Shown here one piece after another: positions 8,549 to 16,434 of a DNA stretch of 16,664 nucleotides (the stretch's first letter is position 1; each line of letters begins with the position of its first letter). Position numbers and translations under genes: made by a program. Under the pieces are notes generated by a model. The model was not told the origin of the DNA. It ran no database searches and was given only the letters and a program-made list of their open reading frames with translations. The stretch covers positions 1 to 16,664 of the forward strand of contig JBFMGO010000125.1 of the NCBI GenBank assembly GCA_040752695.1. Direction: 5' to 3'. This DNA is from a bacterium (GTDB lineage: Bacteria; SZUA-182; DTGQ01).

Positions 8549-10609
8549 ATGAATGCAGCCGTAACACCCCAGATACCATTGTTGCTGGATTTGATCATTA
8601 CCCTGGCCGTGGCCATTGTAACGGTCAACCTGGTCAATCGGATACACATGCCCTCCATAGTAGGATTCCTGCTGGCCGGAATCGTTATCGGGCCGTCATT
8701 TCTGGGAGTGATTCATGAGATTCACCAGATTGAGATGTTAGCTGAAATCGGTATCGTTCTTCTCCTCTTCACCATTGGTCTGGAATTTTCACTCGGTCGT
8801 TTGAGGGAACTTCGACGCTCTATCATTCTCGGGGGAGGACTTCAGATTCTTTTGACTACCGCCCTGGTTACAGGAGTAGCCTCTTTAGCGGGGCATACTT
8901 TTCCGCAGGCGGTTTTCTTTGGCTTTCTTATTTCTCCGAGCAGCACAGCTATTGTTCTGAAACTGTACGGAGCAAGAGGGGAATTGACAACTCTCCACGG
9001 GAATTTTGCCGTCAGCGTACTCTTATTTCAGGATCTATGCATCGCTCCCATGGTATTACTGACGCCGGTACTGGCAGCGGACGGCACCAGCTCCTGGGGA
9101 AAGGTCATCCTCCCCATAATCGCCGGAGTGGCAGTTATCAGTATCGTAGTACTCTCGGCCCGGTTTTTCCTCCCCCGAATCATAGACCACGTAGTGCGGA
9201 TGAGAAATCAGGAGATTTTCACCCTTTTTATTATTTTATTGTGCCTGGGGACAGCCTGGCTGACCTCGCGCCTTGGTCTTTCGCTGGCCCTGGGAGCATT
9301 CATCGCTGGATTGCTTCTGTCCGAGTCGGAATACAGTTATCAGGCTCTGGCCAATATTCTCCCTTTACGGGATAGTTTCGCCGGGCTTTTTTTCATTTCC
9401 ATTGGCATGTTATTAAACCTTCAAACCGCTCTGGACGCCCCCTGGCATGTTCTGGGGCTTGCAGCCCTCATTTTAGGGGGTAAGATGTTCGTTGTCTTTA
9501 TCGTGATGGTGATGCTTCGCTGCTCTTCACGCACTTCGATCAGCGGCGCTCTGGGATTGGCCCAGATCGGTGAATTCTCCTTTGTACTGGCCCAGGCAGG
9601 ATTGAACTACGGGCTGCTCTCGCCCATCACGTATCAACGTTTTTTAGCCTCTGCCATTATCAGCATGATGGCTGCTCCCTTTTTGATTCTCATTGCGCCT
9701 AAAGCTGGCTTTCGCTTGCAGCCGTTCCTGGGCTGGCTGGATACCCTGGTAGGGGCAGCATCCAAGGCCGGGGCTGAAGAAGAGAAGGAAAAGTATGCCA
9801 GGCAGGATCATGTTGTGATTATCGGCTATGGAGAAAATGGCCGAAACCTGGCCCGGGTTTTGCAAGCAACGGCGATCCCTTATGTAATTATAGATTTAAA
9901 TATCCTGAATGTCCGAAAGGGAAAGGAAACAGGGCACACAATCTATTACGGTGATGCGGGAAGTCCGGAGATTTTAAAACGTGCAGCCATCTCCCGTGCC
10001 CGCCTGGCAGTCATCGCTATTTCGGACCCTTCGGCTATCCAAAAAATTACCTGGCTGATCCGGCACATGAATTCTGAAATCTTTCTCATTGTCCGCACTC
10101 AATATGTTGCCGAGATCGAAGAATTATACAAGTTGGGAGCCAGTCAGGTGATCCCGCAAGAATTCGAAACCTCGGTAGAAATCTTTTCCCATGTTCTGCG
10201 GCAATTCCATATACCCCGAAACATGATCGAACTCCAGGTTCAGCTCATTCGAAACCAGGGATACAGCATGCTCCGTGGGTTGAATCTGCCGGATCTGAGG
10301 TTTAAACATATTCAGCACCTCATTGCTGAAACGCTGACCGAAAATTTCCTGGTGCTTCCTCAGTCCCCGGCAATTGGCAAGACCCTCGGAGAATTGCACC
10401 TGCGATTGAAAACAGGGGTTACCGTTATCGCCGTTATCCGGGGAGATGAAGCGATTTCAAGCCCTGGTTCCAATACGGCCGTCGAGTCAGGAGATATTCT
10501 GGTGATGATGGGCAACCACGCAGCCTTAGACAGGGCGATCGAGATACTCTCCCCCAAAGACCCCGCCATTGACTCCCCCTCCCCTTCCTTGAGGGAGAGG
10601 GATTGGTGA
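8549..10609 (+). CDS. CPA2 family monovalent cation:proton antiporter (KefB/KefC-like) with TrkA-N and TrkA-C (RCK) domains
   Basis: Many hydrophobic helices; motifs AEIGIVLLLFTIGLEFS, SSTAIV, LLFQD, LAQIGEFSFVL; Rossmann motif HVVIIGYGENG; C-terminal SPAIGKTLGELHLR..TGVTVIAVIRG. Confidence 0.93.
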   Translation: MNAAVTPQIPLLLDLIITLAVAIVTVNLVNRIHMPSIVGFLLAGIVIGPSFLGVIHEIHQIEMLAEIGIVLLLFTIGLEFSLGRLRELRRSIILGGGLQILLTTALVTGVASLAGHTFPQAVFFGFLISPSSTAIVLKLYGARGELTTLHGNFAVSVLLFQDLCIAPMVLLTPVLAADGTSSWGKVILPIIAGVAVISIVVLSARFFLPRIIDHVVRMRNQEIFTLFIILLCLGTAWLTSRLGLSLALGAFIAGLLLSESEYSYQALANILPLRDSFAGLFFISIGMLLNLQTALDAPWHVLGLAALILGGKMFVVFIVMVMLRCSSRTSISGALGLAQIGEFSFVLAQAGLNYGLLSPITYQRFLASAIISMMAAPFLILIAPKAGFRLQPFLGWLDTLVGAASKAGAEEEKEKYARQDHVVIIGYGENGRNLARVLQATAIPYVIIDLNILNVRKGKETGHTIYYGDAGSPEILKRAAISRARLAVIAISDPSAIQKITWLIRHMNSEIFLIVRTQYVAEIEELYKLGASQVIPQEFETSVEIFSHVLRQFHIPRNMIELQVQLIRNQGYSMLRGLNLPDLRFKHIQHLIAETLTENFLVLPQSPAIGKTLGELHLRLKTGVTVIAVIRGDEAISSPGSNTAVESGDILVMMGNHAALDRAIEILSPKDPAIDSPSPSLRERDW

Positions 10610-10612
10610 GGT
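10573..10612 (-). repeat. BoxC-like small palindromic element overlapping the antiporter stop codon
   Basis: Minus strand reads aacctcaccaatccctctccctcaaggaaggggagggggag, resembling the widespread CCCTCACC...CCCTCTCCC-loop-GGGAGAGGG element. It lies between convergent genes. Confidence 0.55.
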
Positions 10613-10711
10613 TGATCTTTCTGGTAGTATCCTCCCAATAGGATAAAAACGAAAGCGTATTGTTACTTACGCCGCGATGTACTGAGTACTGGCTGACCTC
10701 GCCCCATTCGT

Positions 10712-13009
10712 TTATTCCTTCATGAGATCTATTACGCAGGTATCCGTTCCCAGGTTGTCCACACTTTGAATTTTGATCTGGTCAAGCGCTATCGAATATA
10801 TGTAGTTATCCGTGTAGTTACCCATAAAGATGCTTCGCTTGACAATTGAGTTTGGTTGAGTCCACCAACTGCTGCAAAGGGTGTAACTTTCCGCCGAATC
10901 AGGATCGACATGTGAAACGCCGCCAAGTTCCGAAAAGCCGTTTTCTAAGGTTACCTCATAGACCAAAAGCCCGCTGAAGGCCATTTGCGTGCCATAGTAG
11001 CTACCCTGTTCATCTTCACAGATAGTGATGGGTATGGCCAGAAGATTCGGACGGTCTTTCGGAGAAAAATAGGTAAAGGCCAGATGGTTGAGAGCTGCCT
11101 CCGAACTGCTCCCACGGGTGCCCTTGATCACATTATATAATCGTTTTGGGTGTGCCATGTCTGAAATGTCGAAGATTTGCAGCATAATACCCTGGAATAA
11201 GGAAAACGTTCCCTGATCTTCGGCATCATAGCCGATGGTGAGGAGGTGATTGGCATCCATAAGATGCATATAGGTAGAATAACCTGGAATCTTAAGCTCG
11301 CCCTCGATTCGCGGGGTATTGGGATCGCTCAGGTTAAAGGCGAACAGCGGGTCGGTCTTTTTGAAAGTCACCACGAAGGCTCTTAGGCCGTCAAACCTGA
11401 CCGACCTGATATCTTCAGAAGGGGCAATGTTATCAACCTGGCCAACCACCTCAAGTCCCTGAGCCTCTTCCTTGAGAATGCTCATGGTGCTGTGTACATC
11501 AGGGCCGGGAAGATGACCCGTGGTAGTAGCTATGCGCAGGCAGCCCTGATACTCATCCAGGGAGAACTGGTTCAGCACCCGGCCTTTCACGACTCCGCTG
11601 CTGCTGTACTCGCAGCCGGCAGCAGGCTCGCTGGTGAGCCTGAACTTATGAATGGTACTGGCTTCGGTGATCTGGCTGGCAGGATCATAGTACCAGTCAT
11701 AACCGTATCTGTACCCTTGCCTCGCAGCCACATAGAGGGCCGAAGCGGATGAATAGACAGCACCGGGCCGGCCAAAAATCGTTGCCTTTCGGGGCTCTTC
11801 AAGCTGGTCGATATCGAATGAAAAGACAGTCAGAAAAGACTGGTTGTCCGAAGAGTTCACCGCATAAAAGCTGCTGCTGGTGTCGATGCTGTTGCAGTCC
11901 TGTAACAGGGTTTCGGTGGTGATTGTTTCACCATTCTGGTAACGTTTGTCCTCAATTGTGGGAAGCCAGTCAGTAATGGCGGTTTGATCAATGATTTCGC
12001 GATTCGTTTGCTTAAGCTCATCGAAGGCAGCGAGGAGTTCCTCAAGTTTCGGTTTCTCACTGGGATCAGTAGTTGACCAGCACTTTTGCCAAAGCTCCGG
12101 CCAGTATTTGATCTCTGGTGATTGAAAAGCCGGCGATAGGATAACGGTATGCACGGCTTTTCCAATTCGACGGGAATTAATATAGGAGGAGCCTTTGAAG
12201 CGGATCTCTCTGAGCAGAAAAGGGCTTGCAGGATTTGAAATATCATAAACGGTAATTTTCAGGTTGAGATTATCACCGGCAAAATCACAGTCATAGCCGT
12301 AGACGCATTCGTCATAGGGAGAGATATAGCCGTCATAGGCCGGATATGGCTTTTCATTCTCATGAACAGGATCGAGGCTCGAATAGACAACAGCCCTGGC
12401 ACTGTCCGGATCAACGAACAGCTTTCTGGGAGTGCCTTCGATCTCGGTATTACTGATTACATCGGCACTGTCAGCAGGCCAGGCAGCTATTATCTGGAAT
12501 TTGTTATTGGCCAGAATGTAAATATACGAACCATCATTCTTTACAAAATCAGCCTCGTCAACTCCGGGCACCTGATTATTGGTCGTAGAGTGCTCACTGG
12601 CGCTTTGCTGGTCAGCTTCCCCATTATCGCCAGTCGCTTCAGATCCGGCAGCACCGCCGGTACTTCCGGTACTTTTCGGCGGAAGTGAGGCACCGTCACC
12701 ATAGCCTTCATAATAATAGGGGTAGCAACAGCCATTACAGTCAGCGACCTGGGCTTTATAAGAATCGATCTTATCCTCCATATCCCGCATTGCAGCCGCT
12801 TTAAATGAGGCAAGGAGATCATCACAGTCCTCGACAGGAGTAAGGGCAGCCAGTTGCCTGCCCTTACTTGTTGGCTTTACTATGGTATTTTGGCCAGATG
12901 ATGAATCTTTTGAATTATTCGTGTCACGACAGGATACGGTAAGGATGCAGATTCCCGTAATGAATGCTGCCGCCAGCAAAATGATACCCTTATTATTATG
13001 CCTTCTCAT
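10712..13009 (-). CDS. Secreted beta-propeller domain protein (Beta_propel family), probable lipoprotein
   Basis: Basic N-terminus, hydrophobic stretch and lipobox-like LTVS-C; family motifs STTNNQVPGVDEADFVKNDG, VLNQFSLDE, EDIRSVRF, TFKKTDPLF, GELKIPGYSTYMH. GGAGG Shine-Dalgarno at 13016-13020. Confidence 0.88.
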   Translation of the reverse strand: MRRHNNKGIILLAAAFITGICILTVSCRDTNNSKDSSSGQNTIVKPTSKGRQLAALTPVEDCDDLLASFKAAAMRDMEDKIDSYKAQVADCNGCCYPYYYEGYGDGASLPPKSTGSTGGAAGSEATGDNGEADQQSASEHSTTNNQVPGVDEADFVKNDGSYIYILANNKFQIIAAWPADSADVISNTEIEGTPRKLFVDPDSARAVVYSSLDPVHENEKPYPAYDGYISPYDECVYGYDCDFAGDNLNLKITVYDISNPASPFLLREIRFKGSSYINSRRIGKAVHTVILSPAFQSPEIKYWPELWQKCWSTTDPSEKPKLEELLAAFDELKQTNREIIDQTAITDWLPTIEDKRYQNGETITTETLLQDCNSIDTSSSFYAVNSSDNQSFLTVFSFDIDQLEEPRKATIFGRPGAVYSSASALYVAARQGYRYGYDWYYDPASQITEASTIHKFRLTSEPAAGCEYSSSGVVKGRVLNQFSLDEYQGCLRIATTTGHLPGPDVHSTMSILKEEAQGLEVVGQVDNIAPSEDIRSVRFDGLRAFVVTFKKTDPLFAFNLSDPNTPRIEGELKIPGYSTYMHLMDANHLLTIGYDAEDQGTFSLFQGIMLQIFDISDMAHPKRLYNVIKGTRGSSSEAALNHLAFTYFSPKDRPNLLAIPITICEDEQGSYYGTQMAFSGLLVYEVTLENGFSELGGVSHVDPDSAESYTLCSSWWTQPNSIVKRSIFMGNYTDNYIYSIALDQIKIQSVDNLGTDTCVIDLMKE

Positions 13010-13031
13010 ACCTTTCCTCCATGGTGAGTGC

Positions 13032-13073
13032 TTTACATTTTCATAGTGGATATTTACATTTTCATAGTGGATA
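13032..13073. repeat. Perfect 21-bp tandem duplication in the 5' region of the beta-propeller gene
   Basis: tttacattttcatagtggata at 13032 and 13053. Confidence 0.95.
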
Positions 13074-13328
13074 CTTTATATTTTATTCGTTATGATTTGT
13101 ACCGGTACTAGCAGACTACACACTACTGAGCCACTCAAAAAAGTTGTAAAATAATGGGAAGATATCTTTCAATATTATAATTCTCTGGCTCGCTCCGTAA
13201 GATTTGAAATTTGAAACAGGTGAATTTTCCTTTTTATGGTGATTTATGATAAAATTAGATGCAAAATTGATGCCAGAGTAATGGAGGGCTAAATCCCTCA
13301 TATTTGCTCATCCTTGCCTTACGGCAAG

Positions 13329-13364
13329 TATCAGATTTCTGAGAATTGTATCAGAAATCTGATA
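13329..13364. promoter_or_regulatory. 14-bp perfect inverted repeat made of two palindromic boxes; putative double operator
   Basis: tatcagatttctga-N8-tcagaaatctgata; each arm contains TCAGA-NN-TCTGA, and the boxes are 20 bp apart. Confidence 0.5.
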
Positions 13365-13423
13365 AACATTCATCCGAACTTATATCAGTTCAATGGAAGA
13401 TGGGGAATATCTGGAAACCTGTC

Positions 13424-13464
13424 AGGACACCGGAAAATTTTTGTTGTATAATACCGGGAGGGGG
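13424..13464 (+). promoter_or_regulatory. Putative sigma70 promoter and RBS of the YbgA-like gene
   Basis: AGGACA (13424-13429), 17 bp, TATAAT (13447-13452); GGAGGGGG at 13457-13464 before ATG 13473. Confidence 0.45.
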
Positions 13465-13472
13465 ATAACCGG

Positions 13473-14423
13473 ATGGAAGGTCGTATTCATTTAGGCATAA
13501 GCGCGTGTCTTTTGGGAGAGCCTGTCCGCTACGACGGCGGGCATAAGTTAAATCACTATTTGAGAGATATTGTCGGCCAGTTTGTCAATTGGATTGCGGT
13601 CTGCCCGGAGGTTGAGTGCGGGCTCAGCGTTCCACGGGAGGCGATGCACCTGGTTGGAGATCCGCAGTCACCGCGTCTGGTTACGGTAAGAACCGGCCTC
13701 GATTACACCGAGCGAATGCTCCAATGGTCAGAGCAGAAGCTCGATGAGCTCGAAAAACTGGATCTATGCGGATTCGTATTTAAAAGCAAATCCCCAAGCT
13801 CGGGAATGAAGGATATTAAAATCTACAGCGGTACCGGAGCGTCCGTGAAAAAAGGAGTGGGTCTTTTTGCCAGGCAATTCATGGATCGATTTCCTCTCAT
13901 GCCTGTTGAGGATGAAGGCAGATTGAATGATGCAGGACTGAGGGAAAATTTTATCGAGCGGGTTTTTGTATTCAAGCGATGGAAAGACCTTGTCAGGGAC
14001 AACTTTTCAATCGGGGGATTGATCTCGTTTCACAGGGATCATAAATTACTCATTATGTCGCACAGTACCAAATACTTGAGTGATCTTGGAAAAATTGTGG
14101 CCCAGGCCAAAGCCGATGATCTTACCAAAGTCTTTGATAACTACATCCTCATTCTCATGACTGCACTCAAATTAAAAGCTACCATCAAAAAGAATGTCAA
14201 TGTCCTCCAACATATTATGGGTTATTTCAAAAAGACGATCTCGGCGGACGAAAAACAAGAGCTCCTTGAAGTGATTGAAAACTACCATAATGCTATGATA
14301 CCCCTCATTGTGCCCGTTGTTCTCTTAAAGCACTATGTCAGAAAGTTTGACGAGCCTTACCTGAAAAGCCAATACTATCTGCATCCGCACCCGATAGAGC
14401 TCATGCTGAGAAATCACGTGTAA
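13473..14423 (+). CDS. ybgA: DUF523 + DUF1722 domain protein (YbgA family; N-terminal domain related to thiouracil desulfidase TudS)
   Basis: GISACLLGEPVRYDGGHK, CPEVECGL..PRE, KSKSPSSG, EDEGRLND..LRENF, NVLQHIMGYFKK, and terminal Y..PHP.ELMLRN. Confidence 0.9.
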   Translation: MEGRIHLGISACLLGEPVRYDGGHKLNHYLRDIVGQFVNWIAVCPEVECGLSVPREAMHLVGDPQSPRLVTVRTGLDYTERMLQWSEQKLDELEKLDLCGFVFKSKSPSSGMKDIKIYSGTGASVKKGVGLFARQFMDRFPLMPVEDEGRLNDAGLRENFIERVFVFKRWKDLVRDNFSIGGLISFHRDHKLLIMSHSTKYLSDLGKIVAQAKADDLTKVFDNYILILMTALKLKATIKKNVNVLQHIMGYFKKTISADEKQELLEVIENYHNAMIPLIVPVVLLKHYVRKFDEPYLKSQYYLHPHPIELMLRNHV

Positions 14424-14548
14424 TCAGATCCCGTCTGGACACTGTTCAGATATGGAGTGATATCTATCACCATAGGGTTTTGAATTATGTTTTTTCGGGA
14501 AACTCATTCTAAGACTGCAAAAAAGCCTATCCTGCAATTACTTCAAAA

Positions 14549-15030
14549 TTATCGCACCCCCAAAGGCCCGCGACAACGTAAGAAGGTGATGGCATTGTGA
14601 CCAAATCGTGTTCTGATGCCGTCAAGGGCTTTCATCAGCCTGTGCTCCCTAACCGGTCGGCAGCATCGAGAGCTACTCCCCACAGCCGCGTGGTGCCGGT
14701 GAGATCAATAAAAAAGTGCCCCGGCTCCGCCGTCTCGACCTTCGGCGAGACGCGGCCAGCCTCTTGCACGATGGCAGCCCTGGCACGCTCGTACAATTCG
14801 GGCGCAGGGTCGAGCACCACAAGGTCAGGGCACCTTCTTCGGGCAGCCTCAAGGAGCATCCCCTTGTAGACACCGGCCTGAGATGCCTGAGATGACACGT
14901 CAAGCAGAATGCGGCGGATGTTTCCAGGAGCGGCCACAGCTACGGGATACGTGGCAAGCCCTGGCTGGGATGCCCTGACTACGGCAACATAGAAACTGGC
15001 TATGTGGATGTGCACGATACGCCGTTCCAT
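14549..15030 (-). pseudogene. ImuB/DinB-like Y-family polymerase gene with a large internal deletion and frameshift
   Basis: The N-terminal ~127 aa show the Y-family palm/finger pattern (RIVHIHIASFYVAV, AGVYKGM....ARRRCPDL, SPKVE...FFIDLTG) and stop at 14635. Another frame, 14650-14549, reads REHRLMKALDGIRTRFGHNAITF, the typical C-terminal ALD-x-IR-x-RFG tail. Confidence 0.82.
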
Positions 15031-15080
15031 GATTTTCCGGTCCCCTGTTTCTGATCTCCTCATGATCGCTTCCCATCTCC

Positions 15081-15104
15081 CGTCAATGCACACGTCAATG
15101 CACA
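15081..15104. repeat. Perfect 12-bp tandem duplication immediately after the lexA stop
   Basis: cgtcaatgcaca at 15081 and 15093. Confidence 0.9.
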
Positions 15105-15725
15105 CTACACTTTCCGTATGATTCCAATCAATTTACCGGCAATGGTCACTTCACCCTGATCCGCAGGGATGGTGATATCGCTGAATCCCGGATTTTCAGC
15201 CCGAAAGATGATGCTCCCATTCTGCTGGATATAGCGCTTCAAGGTTGCCTCGCCGTCAATAAGAGCCACCACGATGTCCCCGCTTTCCGCAGCCTGCTGC
15301 TGCCGTATGATGGCAATGTCCCCATCGAGGATGCCGATCCCGCTCATGCTCTCTCCCTGGACGCGCAGAGTAAAAAGCCCCGGCCCCTTGAAGAGATTCT
15401 GATCCAGGGTGATGGAGTCCTCCCGGTTCTCAATAGCAGTAATGGGTTTCCCGGCAGGCACCGATCCGACAAGAGGAACCTGTATGCCCCTTCCACCCGA
15501 ATCCATATCGAGCCCCACAACCACTTCTACTCCACGGGCTTTCCCCTGAATGAGGCGAATATACCCTTTGCGCTCAATCAGGCGCAGGTGCTGGCGGACG
15601 TTGTTGAGGCTCCTGTAGCCAAAGTGCAGGGCGATTTCCCTGATCGTTGGCGGGGAACCATGATTTTTCTGGCAGGCAATGATAAAGGAGAGCACCCTCT
15701 CCTGCGATACGGTTAACCTTTCCAT
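15105..15725 (-). CDS. lexA: SOS repressor LexA (likely start ATG 15725; alternative GTG 15752)
   Basis: wHTH LT..Q..VL.FI...PPTIREIA..FGYRS.N.V..HL..IERKGYI; Ala-Gly cleavage site in LVGSVPAGKP; catalytic Ser in VQGESM and Lys in EATLKR. Confidence 0.96.
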   Translation of the reverse strand: MERLTVSQERVLSFIIACQKNHGSPPTIREIALHFGYRSLNNVRQHLRLIERKGYIRLIQGKARGVEVVVGLDMDSGGRGIQVPLVGSVPAGKPITAIENREDSITLDQNLFKGPGLFTLRVQGESMSGIGILDGDIAIIRQQQAAESGDIVVALIDGEATLKRYIQQNGSIIFRAENPGFSDITIPADQGEVTIAGKLIGIIRKV

Positions 15726-15747
15726 AAGTATCCTGTACTTGTGTGTA

Positions 15748-15788
15748 GTCACTCGTTCTCCATGGCCACTGGTTCTCCATGGTCACTC
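15748..15788. repeat. 17-bp tandem duplication in the lexA leader
   Basis: gtcactcgttctccatg / gccactggttctccatg / gtcactc. Confidence 0.85.
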
Positions 15789-15808
15789 TATGTGGTCGCT
15801 ATAGAATC

Positions 15809-15837
15809 ATTATACTGTACAAATGGACAGTATTCAA
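15809..15837 (-). promoter_or_regulatory. lexA sigma70 promoter
   Basis: Minus strand TTGAAT (15837-15832), 17 bp, TATAAT (15814-15809). Confidence 0.85.
15812..15833. promoter_or_regulatory. LexA operator (SOS box)
   Basis: ATACTGT-acaaatgg-ACAGTAT: perfect 7-bp arms around 8 bp (CTGT-N8-ACAG), overlapping both promoter hexamers. Confidence 0.85.
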
Positions 15838-15932
15838 GGAAAAGCTTATATCACCTCCGAAAAAAAGTCAGTTTCAAAAATAATTGTTGAAAAACAAGAT
15901 ATTATCTGAATCGCAGAATGTTACGATGAGAT

Positions 15933-15977
15933 GGGAACTACGATATCGGGAACCACAATACCAGGAATCACGATACC
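15933..15977. repeat. 15-bp degenerate tandem repeat (3 copies)
   Basis: gggaactacgatatc / gggaaccacaatacc / aggaatcacgatacc. Confidence 0.75.
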
Positions 15978-16124
15978 TGGAGCTATGTCAAGGAATGAGG
16001 AACCGACCGAAGTTTTCGAAAGGGGCCCTGATGGAGGGAAGTTACAGATTAATTGCACCTACTATATGGTATTTATGATATTATGGTGACTCCAGGCTCT
16101 CACTGCCTGCATAAAAAGTGAAAA

Positions 16125-16229
16125 TTACCAATAAAGCCGCATTGCCCGATAAGGGTTCCATACCACCTGAATCCATATAATATATGGAGCCTGTATAAAA
16201 TTTATTACCACCTGTTTTGTTGCCTGCAC
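16125..16229 (-). CDS. Candidate small protein, 34 aa (MQATKQVVINFIQAPYIIWIQVVWNPYRAMRLYW)
   Basis: TAAGGAGG at 16248-16241, 11 nt before GTG at 16229. No homology recognised. Confidence 0.3.
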   Translation of the reverse strand: MQATKQVVINFIQAPYIIWIQVVWNPYRAMRLYW

Positions 16230-16434
16230 CGTGGGCTTTTCCTCCTTATATCTCAGGTATAAAAGCGGCCATATCCGGATTTTTTAGCGCTTCAAAAAAA
16301 GCTAAAGCCGGATTCCGACCTCATTCTCATAAAGAGGAAATGCCGGTTTCAAATGGTTTTGCCGTGGGCAAAAAAGATAATAATATCAGTAACCTGTCAC
16401 GTCCGACTTTAACCTGGCATCTTCCTTGCTCAGA

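Noticed and set aside
14635..15105. 156-aa ORF as an intact DNA polymerase IV starting at 15105
   Set aside because: The N-terminal MCIDVCID extension derives from the 12-bp duplication, catalytic residues are missing, and the gene is internally deleted.
16260..16380. c-di-GMP-I riboswitch on the minus strand (ggcaaaaccatttgaaa...)
   Set aside because: The start resembles GGCAAACC...GAAA, but the paired stem and the following GACGCAAA motif are absent.
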